A stretch of 64,000 nt of DNA from the human T2T-CHM13v2.0 reference genome, Homo sapiens. Shown here piece by piece: positions 51,329 to 64,000 of this stretch; positions within the stretch are counted from its first letter, which is position 1, and every line of letters starts with the position of its first letter. Both the position numbers and the translations under genes were made by a program. The notes beneath the pieces are model-generated. The model searched no databases and had not been told where the DNA came from. It saw only the letters and a program-made list of their open reading frames with translations. The DNA lies in the NCBI RefSeq assembly GCF_009914755.1, contig NC_060948.1. One strand, written 5' to 3'.

Positions 51329-53704
51329 ACATTATTAGGGGAGCTTATACAATCAGGTCATATCCTTCCAAACCTGGGCATATTTGGACCCAGGGTTTGA
51401 AATACTACATTATTTCTCCTAGTATGAAATGTTTGCTTCAAACCAGCTTGAGTTTCTTGTGTTACATCTTTTGATGGATAAAATTCCTTGCAGTCACTAA
51501 TTGTTCTTTCTGGTGCAAGTCTGGGTAAAATGGTTGGGTGAGAGCAGACCCTCAAATTGGCAGCAATTGGTGTGTGCACGTCCCCACAGCTGGATTCTTC
51601 CAACTTAGATGGGAATGCTTAATTTTTGCTCTAGTTTGTACAAAATCTATAATAGCTGTAAAGCTCAAACGGAAGTGATCTAAGTCTGATGTCTGATGTT
51701 CTTTTCTTTTATGGCTATATGAATTTATGACATATCTATATACATAAATGCATGCATAGGAGAGTTCTACCAAAGAACAGCAGTAAGAATCTCCATGTCT
51801 TTTCATTAAATTAAAAAAAAATGTGTTCAGTTCACCACCCCACTCCCTTGAATGTTTCTCCCTAGAAAAGTGACAATACATGGTAATTGTCTAATATGTA
51901 CAGGACTAAAGGCATTATGCAATGACACTTCCCTAACTCTAGAGCCAAAAAACTTTCAGCATCTCTGGACTGATCATTCTCCAGCTTTGCACTAAAGCGA
52001 TAAAAGGATTGCAGTCTCCATCAGATGTCACATCCTATATGTAACAAACAAAAGACTAAACTTCTCACAACACAAACCAACCTGAAAGACAAACCAAGAT
52101 GAATGCATGTAAGAAAAATCTGTGCACAAGCCTGTTTTTTCTTATCACCTGGATTATAGCATGTGACCTGTTTTGGGGCATTTTAATAATGGAACTTTTT
52201 CCCAAATTCCAGAGAAGAATTTTAATTTTGGAAATGCAAAAGAAATTTAGTAAAATTCAACAGTAGTAATGATTTCAAACTTTGAAACTTCATCAATATT
52301 TATGAAATTGGATTACAGTCATTTACAGATGATACAATCATCATTTGAAGCTACCATCTGTGAATTAATTTCAAAGATTAAAGGTATGTGATAGTCATGA
52401 TGTTTTGGTATTTAATTATGTCTTACGTGGGTCTAAATGCCAGAGTTATAATCACATTGCAAAATGAATCCTAAAATAATAAACTTGCATTTATTTTATA
52501 TCATATTCACACTTTAAGTTGTGAGTTAATTGAAAGTACGTGAAGTTAACATATTTGACAATTTGATATGTATGTTAAAATATAACTCTAAAATGCATTT
52601 TGCTGAAGCAATGTTGAACACATAATGTGGAGATTTTCAAAATCTTGATATTTAAATCAAAGTGCTCACCATGGCTTCTGAACACGGCAGAGTGAATGGT
52701 TAATGATTTTACTACACTTGGTATAATAACAAAACTGGATACAGTAGCTTATCAAATACATTTTAGCACAGCCCAAATAAATAAAAAGAGTATTTTCAAT
52801 GTTAATCACTTGTGTGTGAGAGAACAGAAGACATATTTGTTTCTGTAGGGCCAGCCACAATGTGTAGCATACACAGTGAATACTTAATACATGATTGTGA
52901 AGTGGAGAAAAAAGACTTACATGTATATTTAAACAGTGAATTTGATGATCAGAGGCAATTATTTGAAAAGCATTATACCAACCCTTTCAATCAAGATGTA
53001 AAATGATAATAATTATAGCCTTCTCTCTCTATTTCAAACATGGACCTGTCCTGTTATTCCATTATACATGTTGAGAATTGAGGAGAGATCACTGAATTTA
53101 GTCATCAGGCAGTTGTTGGTGACACTAGGAAGAGTTTCATGGGCTAGAAGAAGAAAGCAGATGTCTGAGGGTGGCAGAGTAAACATTAATTGGAGAGCTT
53201 TAGCATTTTGGGTCTGGTGGAATTCAACAACATTTGGGCAAAGATGGTTAAAAAACATTTTCAAAAAATATATAAAAACAATGTATTTTTTTATGAAATA
53301 AATAAGGAAGAATGACTATCTCATTAAGTAAACCTAAATAATATTTTAGTTTTATGAGAAAAGTCATCACCCTAATGAATCATTGAGCTGTCCCTTTGGC
53401 ATTATTGAATGCAAGTATAGGGATTCCCAAATCAATATGATGAGCTTTTCTGTGTTATCCCATATGGGATTTATCTTTCCCAAACCTGACTCTCAGTACA
53501 TAATAATCCTCATGCTCCCAACCCCAAACACAGACAAAGATATTTTTATAGTCTGAATACACAGAACAACACAGGAGGTAAATATTCAGAACATACACAG
53601 AATACACAGTTCTTCTGAATTGTCCAGAGCCCTACAACACTAGGGGCTGGATGCAGGTTTCTGAGGGCACCTGTTCACCTTAGACACTGGTCATGGTCTC
53701 TAGA

Positions 53705-53937
53705 ATGAGGGTCAGAAATTGCATCTACCTGGCCCTGCTTCGTATATATATACATATATATATGTCTATGCCTCAAGCTTTTTGGATCACAGCCACATCC
53801 ATTGGTTTCAATGTTGTCTACATCTGTTCGTATACTTCAGAGGCAGGGCTCAGTAGGCAAATCTGAGACTATATGGCCCACAAAGCCAAAATATATTTAC
53901 TATCTGACCCTTTACAGAAATGGTTGCCGATGTCTGG
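53705..53937. mobile_element. MER58-like hAT MITE
   Basis: tatggcccacaaagccaaaatatatttactatctgaccctttacagaaa. Confidence 0.75.
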
Positions 53938-54680
53938 TCCAGATTCTTGAATGTTTTAGATTAAGTGTTTTTGTTTGTTTGTTTCTAAAAAATAAGATAT
54001 ATCAGGTAAAGTTATCTCATTTTATTCTTTAATATTTTATAGTACAAATATTTGAAAATGCTCACTATTAAATGATTAGAATAAAGGTAATCTCACACCA
54101 CTAGGAATTCACTAGGAAGTTAAAATAAGTCACATGCATCTTCCAGAAATAGTCAAGGATATGAAGAAAGATTTGATTCTAAGGATATTTGTTGCAATAT
54201 TATTGATAATAAAAGATTAGAAACAACAGGATATTTAGGCTAACTGAAATATAGTTTGTTCCTTATACCCTCCTGTTCCTGTCACCAAGTCCCAGGTAAG
54301 AGAAAAGATTGTCCTGTTTGCCACTCTGTGGCAGGGGATAGGCCCTTTCTAAGTTCAAAATGGAGCCACTGAGACAAGGCTGAGATCATTAGCAGGAAGT
54401 GAATGAAGTTTTCAGTAATAATAGAGGGAATTTACATAATAGAAAACATCTTATAACTACTGACTGTGCTAACACTCACCTGTCCAAAGCCAAAGGCCCC
54501 TTGCTGGCCCAATGCCTTATCAATAACCTTGCCTGTATCCCAATAGCAAGAAGTTCCTCATCTTCCAACAACTGAAAATATTTCATGCAGTTGTTATTAC
54601 TTAGAGTCTGACAGACTGAACTCTTGTGCCAAAGAAAAATGTTTTCACTTACCTCATCTCAGACCATTTCCTTGAGTCTT

Positions 54681-55723
<1,043 letters not shown>

Positions 55724-56599
55724 TCCCTTGAGTCTTAATTCATGGTTCAGGAGGAACCACTTCTCAGAATGATTGAGAATGGATATAACTATTGCCTTCA
55801 GGGTTAGCTCTACATCTTTGTAAAAGTATGTGGTCATGCTCAAAGCCAGTTGCAACATTCCATCTGTAGATAGCCCTTTCTCAATATCTGGACCATAAAG
55901 CTTTAGAAATGCTCTGCCTAAAATATCAACCCAGGTCTGGGTTGGGTGGTATTAAGTCCAGTGTAGTTATTTATCAAAGATTAAAATACATGGATGTTCA
56001 GTTTTATAGTGACCACCTTGCTTTAGAGACAAAAACACTCATAACAGAGTTGGATTTTAGGTTAAATTTTAAAAAAATGAATTAAACTTTAGAAAATCTG
56101 GTTTTAGGAGAAGTGATGTTGGGCAGAGTTATTGGTTACCTTTGTTGCTGCTGTTACCTAAAAGCTGATGATGACAGTCTCCATGTATTTTTCTCACTTC
56201 CACCCCTTAATGTGGTATCTGTCCTAAAGCTGGCATAGCTCAGAGGATATACAGCATTATCCCTTTTCTCTATTTACTCTTTGTCTCCTTGAAATATTGA
56301 GATTAACTCCCCTCTATGAAGAAATCTACTCAAAGCCATATGCAGTATTCCATCCATGCCCACAATACCTTTCTCCTGGAGGGCAGACACTTCTAGTGGT
56401 GTCATTCAAACTGGACAAATATTGGTTCAAGGTCAAGTGATGAGTGAAACAGGGTTTTGGAAGATTAGGTGGTATGGCTAAAATCAAGAGATAACTGCAG
56501 GTCATAATTTTTTAAAGGTAACTTGGTAAATTTTCAGTTATAAAATAATAAATGTTTAATGTAAGTAGTGTCTTTTTTTACCATATAGCTTTGGTGGTT

Positions 56600-56745
56600 C
56601 ATTCTCCTTCCCATGTCCCTTCCCCTTCTCTCCCTCTTCCTTCTCTTGTTCTTCCTCTTCGTCCTCCTTCCTCTTCCCATCTTTACTTGTCCTTCTTCTT
56701 CTTGTCCTTCTCTGTCCTCTTCTCTTCCTCCTCCTTCTTCTTCCT
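56600..56745. repeat. Polypyrimidine low-complexity tract
   Basis: CT/CTT/CCT-rich run. Confidence 0.9.
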
Positions 56746-57775
56746 AATATTATTTTAATATTTTTAAAATCAAGTAGTAGTAGTCTCAGATTTTTGCCTT
56801 AGGCATTAAAGACAATAGAGATGTTGATAAATTGTAAAAATTTAAACAATTTATTACCAAAAAAGAATTTACCACCAAACGCAAATTATCAGCAAAAAAC
56901 CAACCTGCATAGAAAAGGGATTAAGATGATCATGGTCTGGCAGAAAGAAAGCTATAAAGAAACTTAAAGATCTTCAAATCCATGTAGAACTGTGCTCAGC
57001 TATATTTTTATCTCAGCTGAAAACAGTGTGTGTGGGCTGAGGGAAGGCAAGTGGCCTAAGACACCAACTAGCTGAAAGAGGAAGAAAAGTTTCTTTTGAT
57101 ACAGTTAGTTTTAATATTCTGAAATGGACTCCTGCTGAAGCTGATAGAACTGCCTTCCCTGAATATCTTTAAGAACAAGCTGACAATTTTCTGTGTCCTT
57201 GAAAGGGTTCTAAAAGTAAAATGCTGGAAAAATGAAAGTGAAATAGGAAATCTCCAAGGATTCAGAACTGCGATTCATTTCTGGAAATGTTTGAAGATCC
57301 TCAAATTAATTGTGCAGACTCATAAGTATTTTTGAAGTATGTGCTGTGCCCACTGTGCTGCTGGTTATGAATTGCACTAGACACCATGGAAAGAGGAAGG
57401 ATGAGTAACTATTAATACATCTCCTTGGACATTATAAAACAGGCAGGAGAGAGATTTATGTACATAAGAAGGCGTCATTTAAGGCAGAAGACATGGAGTA
57501 CCAAAGGAGAAGGGCCAATAAAAGTCAAGGGAAGCGGAAGTGTTTATATGAGATGCACTGGTGTAGTATCACATATAGTAGCAGACACAGGAATTACAGA
57601 TGACAACCCGGTGAACAATACAACAGTTAAATAAGCAAAAGCTGTGGGCTATCCTACAAGAGATTTTGTGGGATGTATAAGATCCACTCTGGAACAGGAG
57701 GACATTCTGAGGACATCTGATGGAAGCTGCTGTTTGCAGAAAACATTTATTATTTTAAAAATCACATTGGTAGTT

Positions 57776-58111
57776 TATTAGTCTGTTTTCATGCTGCTAA
57801 TTTATACATACCTGAGACTGGGTAATTTATAAAGAAAGAGAGACTCACAGTTCCACATGGCTGAGAAGGCCTCACAATCATGGCACAAGGCGAAAGGTAC
57901 TTACATGGCAGCAGGGAAGAGAGAAAATGGGAGCCAAGCAAAATGTTCCCATCAAATTTCATGAGACTTATTCACCACCATAAGATTGGTATGGGAGAAA
58001 CCACCACTACGATTCAATTATCTCCAACCAAGTCCCTCCTACAATATGTGGGAGTTATGGGACCTACAATTCAAGATGAGATTTGGGTGGAGACACAGCC
58101 ACACCGTGTCA
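57776..58111 (-). mobile_element. THE1/MST MaLR solo LTR
   Basis: tattagtctgttttcatgctgcta...caattcaagatgagatttgggtggagacacagcca. Confidence 0.9.
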
Positions 58112-58169
58112 GACAGCATACAACTTCTTAAATCTTTTAAAATAAACTTTCAAATCATTTTGATAATTT

Positions 58170-58900
58170 TTAAAATAAATTTTCAAATAGTTTTTGATTT
58201 ACAGAAATATTGTGAATATATTACAGAGAGTTTCCATGTTCCCCACACTCAATCCCCCCTATTATTAACATCTTCCACTGGTACAGTAAATTTGTCACAC
58301 TTAGTAAACCAAGGTAGCTATGTTATTATTAACACAAGTCCAGTTTCTTCCATATTTCTGTATTTTTATCTAATTCCCCATTTAGAATACCACATTACAT
58401 TTAGCTTTTATGTCTCCTCGGCTGTGACAGTGTCTCCTTCTATTTATTTTTCATATTTTTGACAGTTTTGAGAAATACTGAGTATTTTGCAGAATGTCTG
58501 TTAATTTGAGTTTATCTGATGTTTTCATTATGATTCAACAATGGCTGTAGGTTTTGGAGAGGAAGACCATAAATGTACAATTCCATGTTGATCACATCTC
58601 ATCAAAGGTACATGCTGTCAATATGACTTATCATTGTGGAGGTTGACCTTAATCAGTCTCAGGTTTCTCCACTCTGAAGTTACTTTTCCCACCTTCTCCT
58701 ACTTTACTAAGTTACTAAGCACAGCTGACGCTTAATGTGTGGGAAGCAATTTTTCACCTTCCTGAGGATGGAGTTTCTACATCAATTACTGGAATTCTTC
58801 TGCACAGGAGATTTGCATTTCTCTCTCCACACATTTGCTTATTTATTCAATAATTTATTTATATCAGTACAGATTCACAACATATAACTTTGATACTCAA
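58170..58900 (-). mobile_element. L1MC-type 3' end
   Basis: ttgatttacagaaatattg...tacagagagtttccatg...ggaattcttctgcacagg. Confidence 0.7.
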
Positions 58901-60109
58901 AACTTTATGTGAGCGTCTCTCCATTCTGATATCCAAAATAACTGTCACATGTCTTTTGGATACAAACCTTCAAAAAACTTTCCAAATATTATATCGGTAG
59001 ACTGTTTTGTCTATGGTGTTTATTTGGTGGATCGGTCACCTTAATAAGTTCATATGTGCATACGATGGAAACAATCCCATTCTACCCATGGAAGCATGTT
59101 TTATTAAGAGCGAATGCCTCACTCATTTTTCTGAAATTTTCAAGTTTCAGCTTCATAAGTTTCTAATTTGGTGAGAATGCCTTCTGGATGCTGCTAAGAA
59201 ATTTGGTAAATTGAGTTTCCAAAGGGGAACCTGAGTTCCTTCAAAGAATTGGGTTCTGATGAATGAACAGTAATAAAGCATTTGCATCAGTACTGTGTTC
59301 ATCTAAAATTATTAAAGCTTAAAATTGCACGTGGCCCTACAGATGGGATGTGGTTAAAATGGAGCATTTCCCTAGTATGTATCTGGTGAAACAAAAGGCT
59401 TTTGTTTGTAATTGTTAATGTGGAGGATGGGAAAGTTTCTCTTAGCAATTAAACCATTAGGAACATGAAAAACCCTCCCAAATCATCACATGTTTAAGCT
59501 GAATACTGAAAGAAGTCTCTAAGTGTGATGGCTTATTTTGTTACCCAAGGTATGCATTTTTAAAGGGCATCCTAGGGAAGAAATCTGTGTGATAGCATGA
59601 TATGCGGAGACAAATGGCCGCATTTCCAAATTTCTGTAACCCTATGTTTTTACATGAGACAGATCTCTCCTAACACCAATAGAAGCAAGGTATTTCATTT
59701 TAGTAAAACTCTCCAGCAAAAATGTATTTTTTAATATTGCAACTCTAAGTGTGTTCTCTGATACTTAGCACAGTGGTGTTTTTGTTATTAGACTATGTGG
59801 GAGACTCATTGCCCAGAGCTAGCTGAAAGACCTAAGGATAAACTAGTACACATAGCTCAGGAAGATTTACTATTCTTTACTTAGCCTGGAAAAAAAAAAC
59901 ATTTCTGTGGATTTCTTGAGGGTCATCCTTCTTCCCCTGAATGCTTTATTGAAAAAGCAATTTTGTGGACTCATATTTTGCATAAAGTGTCAGAAAGTGA
60001 TATGAGGGCCTTGCCTTCTGTTTTAGTAGTGTTCCATTGAAAATGTTCTCATTCTATACACAGATGCACAAAAATATGCTTTTTATATGTTTAAAAGTAA
60101 ATCTAATCT

Positions 60110-60250
60110 TATTTTTTTTAGCATTGAGGTCTTGCTCTGTTATCCAGGCTGGAGTGCAGTGGCACGATCATGGCTTGCTGCAGCCTTGACCTTCTGGGCT
60201 CAAGTGATTCTCCCACTTTAGCCTCCTAAGTAGCCACCACACCCGGCTAA
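60110..60250 (-). mobile_element. Partial AluJ/FLAM
   Basis: Alu motifs with internal deletion. Confidence 0.85.
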
Positions 60251-61148
60251 ACTTTCTCACTTCATTAGGAGTAAGGAATACCATAAATTTTCAACCCACC
60301 AATTCAGAGTATGACAATTTCTTCCATTTAGTCTCTTGAGTGACTTGACTCCTGGATCAATACTCAGTTATTCATTTTTTATTGCCATATACTTCTCACC
60401 CTGTTAATATCCATGTGTATAGGCAATATACAATGACCTTAGGATGCTAGGAAGAAAGGAGTCTTAAAATCCTGTGGGTGCTATGAATCCTTACTGTTCT
60501 ATACCACAGAGGGACCTGTAGAGTCTGGTTCCTGGACTGGCTTAGATCTTTCCAATCTATCCTGCTGGGGGAATGTGCCAGTATTCTATCCTGAAGCTCA
60601 CAGCCCCAGCCAAGTATCACTAGTTTCCAAATTTGCATATAGCAACTTTCCCTTCCATATTGATCTCCTAGTCATCATTCCTGTGTCTCCACATTCACAT
60701 ATACATCAAGTTTCCAGTCCACTATATGTCATAGAATAGCTCAAGTGAGCTATAATTCCCACCCTCCAACCCAGCAAGCCCTCAGATAGCATGTACCCAC
60801 TCCTCTCAAACTATGAGAGATCATAAGCCTTTGCAAGACTTGGTTTTCTCTTTGAGCCTTATCATCTCCCCAACAGAGATAAGAGACACAGGTGCTAATT
60901 TTTTTACAGCATCTTCATGCCATTCTAATGTTTATGTATCCCTAACCCATAGCAACTGGGGAAAATAAGGATCCTGCTCCGTAATCACCACACTGTCTCT
61001 CCATCTTCCCCCATTCTTGACTCAGTGTGCACCATGAGAGAAGTTACAGGCTTTCCACTTCATTTGTTCTCTGGCGTAGACTTCAGCCACATTCCATCTT
61101 CCTTCAAGATGGTGCCAGGAAGCCAATTCAGCCTTTGTAGAACTGTAG

Positions 61149-61466
<318 letters not shown>

Positions 61467-61519
61467 TAAATCTGCTCTGTGGCTCATTGAGGGGCCAGAT
61501 AACTTTTGGGTGCCAGGAG

Positions 61520-62574
61520 TCTCTGCTGCTACTTCAGTGAGCACAACGATTCTGAACAGCAGGGTCCAAGGACCATTGCATGTTCTTGGACAGGGGGGAA
61601 AAAAACAGGCCAAAACCATAGGCAGTTTTTTATTTCAGATGGAAAATACTCAGGCATAAATAAGCTCACCCTTGAAATGCATCCTAAGCCACTGGGGCCA
61701 ATTTGACCCACAAACCCTGACAAAGAAGCAGATTATGTCTTTCTGCACTATGGCCTGGCCCCAATATTTTCTCTCTGATAGGGAAAAATGGCCGCCTGAG
61801 GGAAATATAAATTACATTAGTATCCTGCAGCTTGACCATTTCTGGAAGAGGGAAGGCAAATGGAGTGAAATACCTTATGTCCAAGATTTCTTTTCATTCA
61901 AGGATAATCCACTACTATGCAAAGCTTGCAATTTACATTCCACAGGAGGACCTCTCATCTTACCTCTGTATCCTAGCCTCACTACAGCTCCCCTTCCTAT
62001 TGATAGTGAGCCTCCTCTAATCTCCCCCACCCAGAAGAAAACAAGGAAATAAATCTCGAAGGGAAAACAAAACCCTCCTGTCTATCAGTTATGTCCCCTT
62101 CACACTGTAGGGGGAGGGTAATTTTACCCAAACCAGGTACATGTCCTCTTCTCCATCTCTGATTTAAAGCAGATCAGGGTAGACCTGGAGAAGTTTTCAG
62201 ATGATCCAGATATGTATATAGATGTCCTACAGGGTCTAGGGCAAACATTCATCCTCACTTGGAGAGATGTCATCCTATCATTATATCAAACCCCGGCCTT
62301 TAAGTAAAAGAATGTGGCTTTAGCTGCAGCCTGAGACTGGAGATACCTGGTATCTTAGTCAAATAAGTGATAGAATGACAGCTGAAGAGAGGGACAAGTT
62401 CCCTTCCAGTCAGCAAGCCATCCCCAATATGGTTCCCCACTGGGACCTAGACTCATATCATGGGGAATGGAGTTGCAAACATCTGTTGACCTGTGTTCTA
62501 GAACTTACATAATTATTCAATTATGTCCACCATAACTCAGGGAAAGAAAGAAAATCCTACTGCCTTCCTTGAGC
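61520..62574 (+). pseudogene. HERV9-like leader and gag (MA and part of CA), disrupted
   Basis: ATG 61639 MENTQA; ORF 61672..62052 KCILSHWGQFDPQTL...WPPEGNINY..ILQLD...GKWSEIPYVQ. Confidence 0.88.
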
Positions 62575-63039
62575 ACCTCTGATATCTCCTGGTGCTATCC
62601 CCAAACCACCACTCTTGAAGTAAATAAATAATCTTTGCTGGCAGGGCTATACTGAACCCCCTTGGGCACTCTCTAATTGGCTGTCCTGGGTCCTCCCAAT
62701 TCTTTGTCATTTAATATTTGTTTTTCTCCTTCTCTTCATTCAGACCTTGTGTCTTCCATTTAGTTTCTCAATTCATAGAAAACCACATCTAGGCCATCAG
62801 CAATCACTCTACATGACAAATGCTCCTTTTAGCAACCCCACAATATCACCCTTTACCACAAAATCTTCCATCAGCTTAATCTCTCCCACTCTAAGATCCC
62901 ACATCGCCCCAATCCCACTCAAAGCAGCCCTGAGAGACACTGCCCATTATCTCTCCATACAACTCCCAGAAATTTTCACTGCCCCAACACTTTACCACTA
63001 TTTCATTTTATTTTTCTTATTAATATAAGAAGACAGGAA
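62575..63039 (+). mobile_element. HERV-H 3' internal (env remnant) with polypurine tract
   Basis: C-rich HERV-H sequence ending ttattaatataagaagacaggaa. Confidence 0.85.
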
Positions 63040-63490
63040 TGTCAGGCCTCTGAGCCATGCTAAGCCATCATATACCCTGTGACCTACACATATACATCCA
63101 GATGGCCTGAAGTAACTGAAGAATCACAAAAGAAGTGAAAATTTCCTGTTCCTGCCTTAACTGATGACATTCCACCACAAAAGAAGTGAAAATGGCCTGT
63201 TCCTGCCTTGACTGATGACATTACCTTGTGAAATTACTTCTCCTGGCTCATCCTGGCTCAAAAGCACCCCCACTGAGCACCTTGTGAACCCCACCCCTGC
63301 CTGTCAGAGAACAACCCCCTTTGACTGTAATTTTCCATTACCTACCCAAATACTATGAAACGGCCCCATCCCTATCTCCCTTCACTGACTGTCTTTCTGG
63401 ACTCAGCCCACCTGCACCCAGGTGAAATACACAGCCTTGTTGCTCACACAAAGCCTAGTTGGTGGTTTCTTTACATGGACACCAGTGAAA
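63040..63490 (+). mobile_element. LTR7-family (HERV-H) 3' LTR, LTR7B-like
   Basis: tgtcaggcctctgagcc start; duplicated cacaaaagaagtgaaaat...cctgcctt.actgatgacatt block; ends ...gtgaaa. Confidence 0.88.
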
Positions 63491-63619
63491 GTTAGGAAAA
63501 TGGGTTATTCATTCTTTCATTCATTTGTACAAATGTCAGGTCTGGCTATGCTTAGCTACTCAGGGGATATCAGAGGCAACTGGGTCCTCTAGGGATTTTT
63601 AGCAATATCTGGACATTTT

Positions 63620-64000
63620 TGAAAGGGAGGCCTGCCCCTCCACACCTGTGGGCATTTCTCATCAGGTGGGATGAGAGACTGAGAAAAGAAAGAGACACAG
63701 AGACAAAGAATAGAGAAAGAAAAGCAGGCCCAGGGGACTGGTGCTCAACATACAGAGGACCAACGCCATCACAGGACTCTGAGTTCCCTCAGTATTTATT
63801 AATCATTATCTCTACCATCTCAGAGAAGGTGATGTGTCAGGATAACAGGGTAATTGTAGGGAAAGGTTCAGCATGAAAACATGTGAACAAATGTCTCTGT
63901 GTCATAAACAATGTTAGAAAAAGTGCTGTGCTTTGATGTGCACATACATAAACATCTCTGGTGCATTAAAGAGCAGTATTGCCTCCAGCATGTCTCACCT
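63620..64000 (-). mobile_element. HERV-K (HML-2) LTR5A/B, U5-R end, cut by the window edge
   Basis: gcccctccacacctgtggg...gagaaaagaaagagacacagagacaaag...gagttccctcagtatttatt. Confidence 0.85.

Noticed and set aside
57986-58462. 158-aa ORF
   Set aside because: Spans a THE1/MST LTR and an L1MC fragment

Overview
Primate (hominid-like) non-coding genomic DNA with no intact protein-coding gene, RNA gene or CRISPR array. Most of the window is interspersed repeat: three full-length but inactivated L1PA elements (3451-9608 +, 12770-18803 -, 32805-38930 -), 5'-inverted and truncated L1s, about 15 Alus including an AluYa5, ERV1/ERVK/MaLR LTRs, HERV9 env and gag and HERV-H fragments, and hAT/Tigger DNA-transposon fossils. 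Nearly all long ORFs in the supplied track are L1, Alu or ERV fragments. Two things are not explained by routine repeat annotation. (1) A candidate decayed multi-exon gene on the - strand (GT-AG-bounded segments 51603-51374, 50249-49907, 47940-47824 and a 30-nt tandem-repeat exon from 40866 down to about 39825) that I cannot assign to a known gene; its repeat now holds 7 AP-1 motifs directly behind an LTR12-type LTR. (2) A dense set of templated-insertion and deletion scars, including older sequence captured inside younger repeats. Subfamily names come from recalled consensus sequences, not from a database search.
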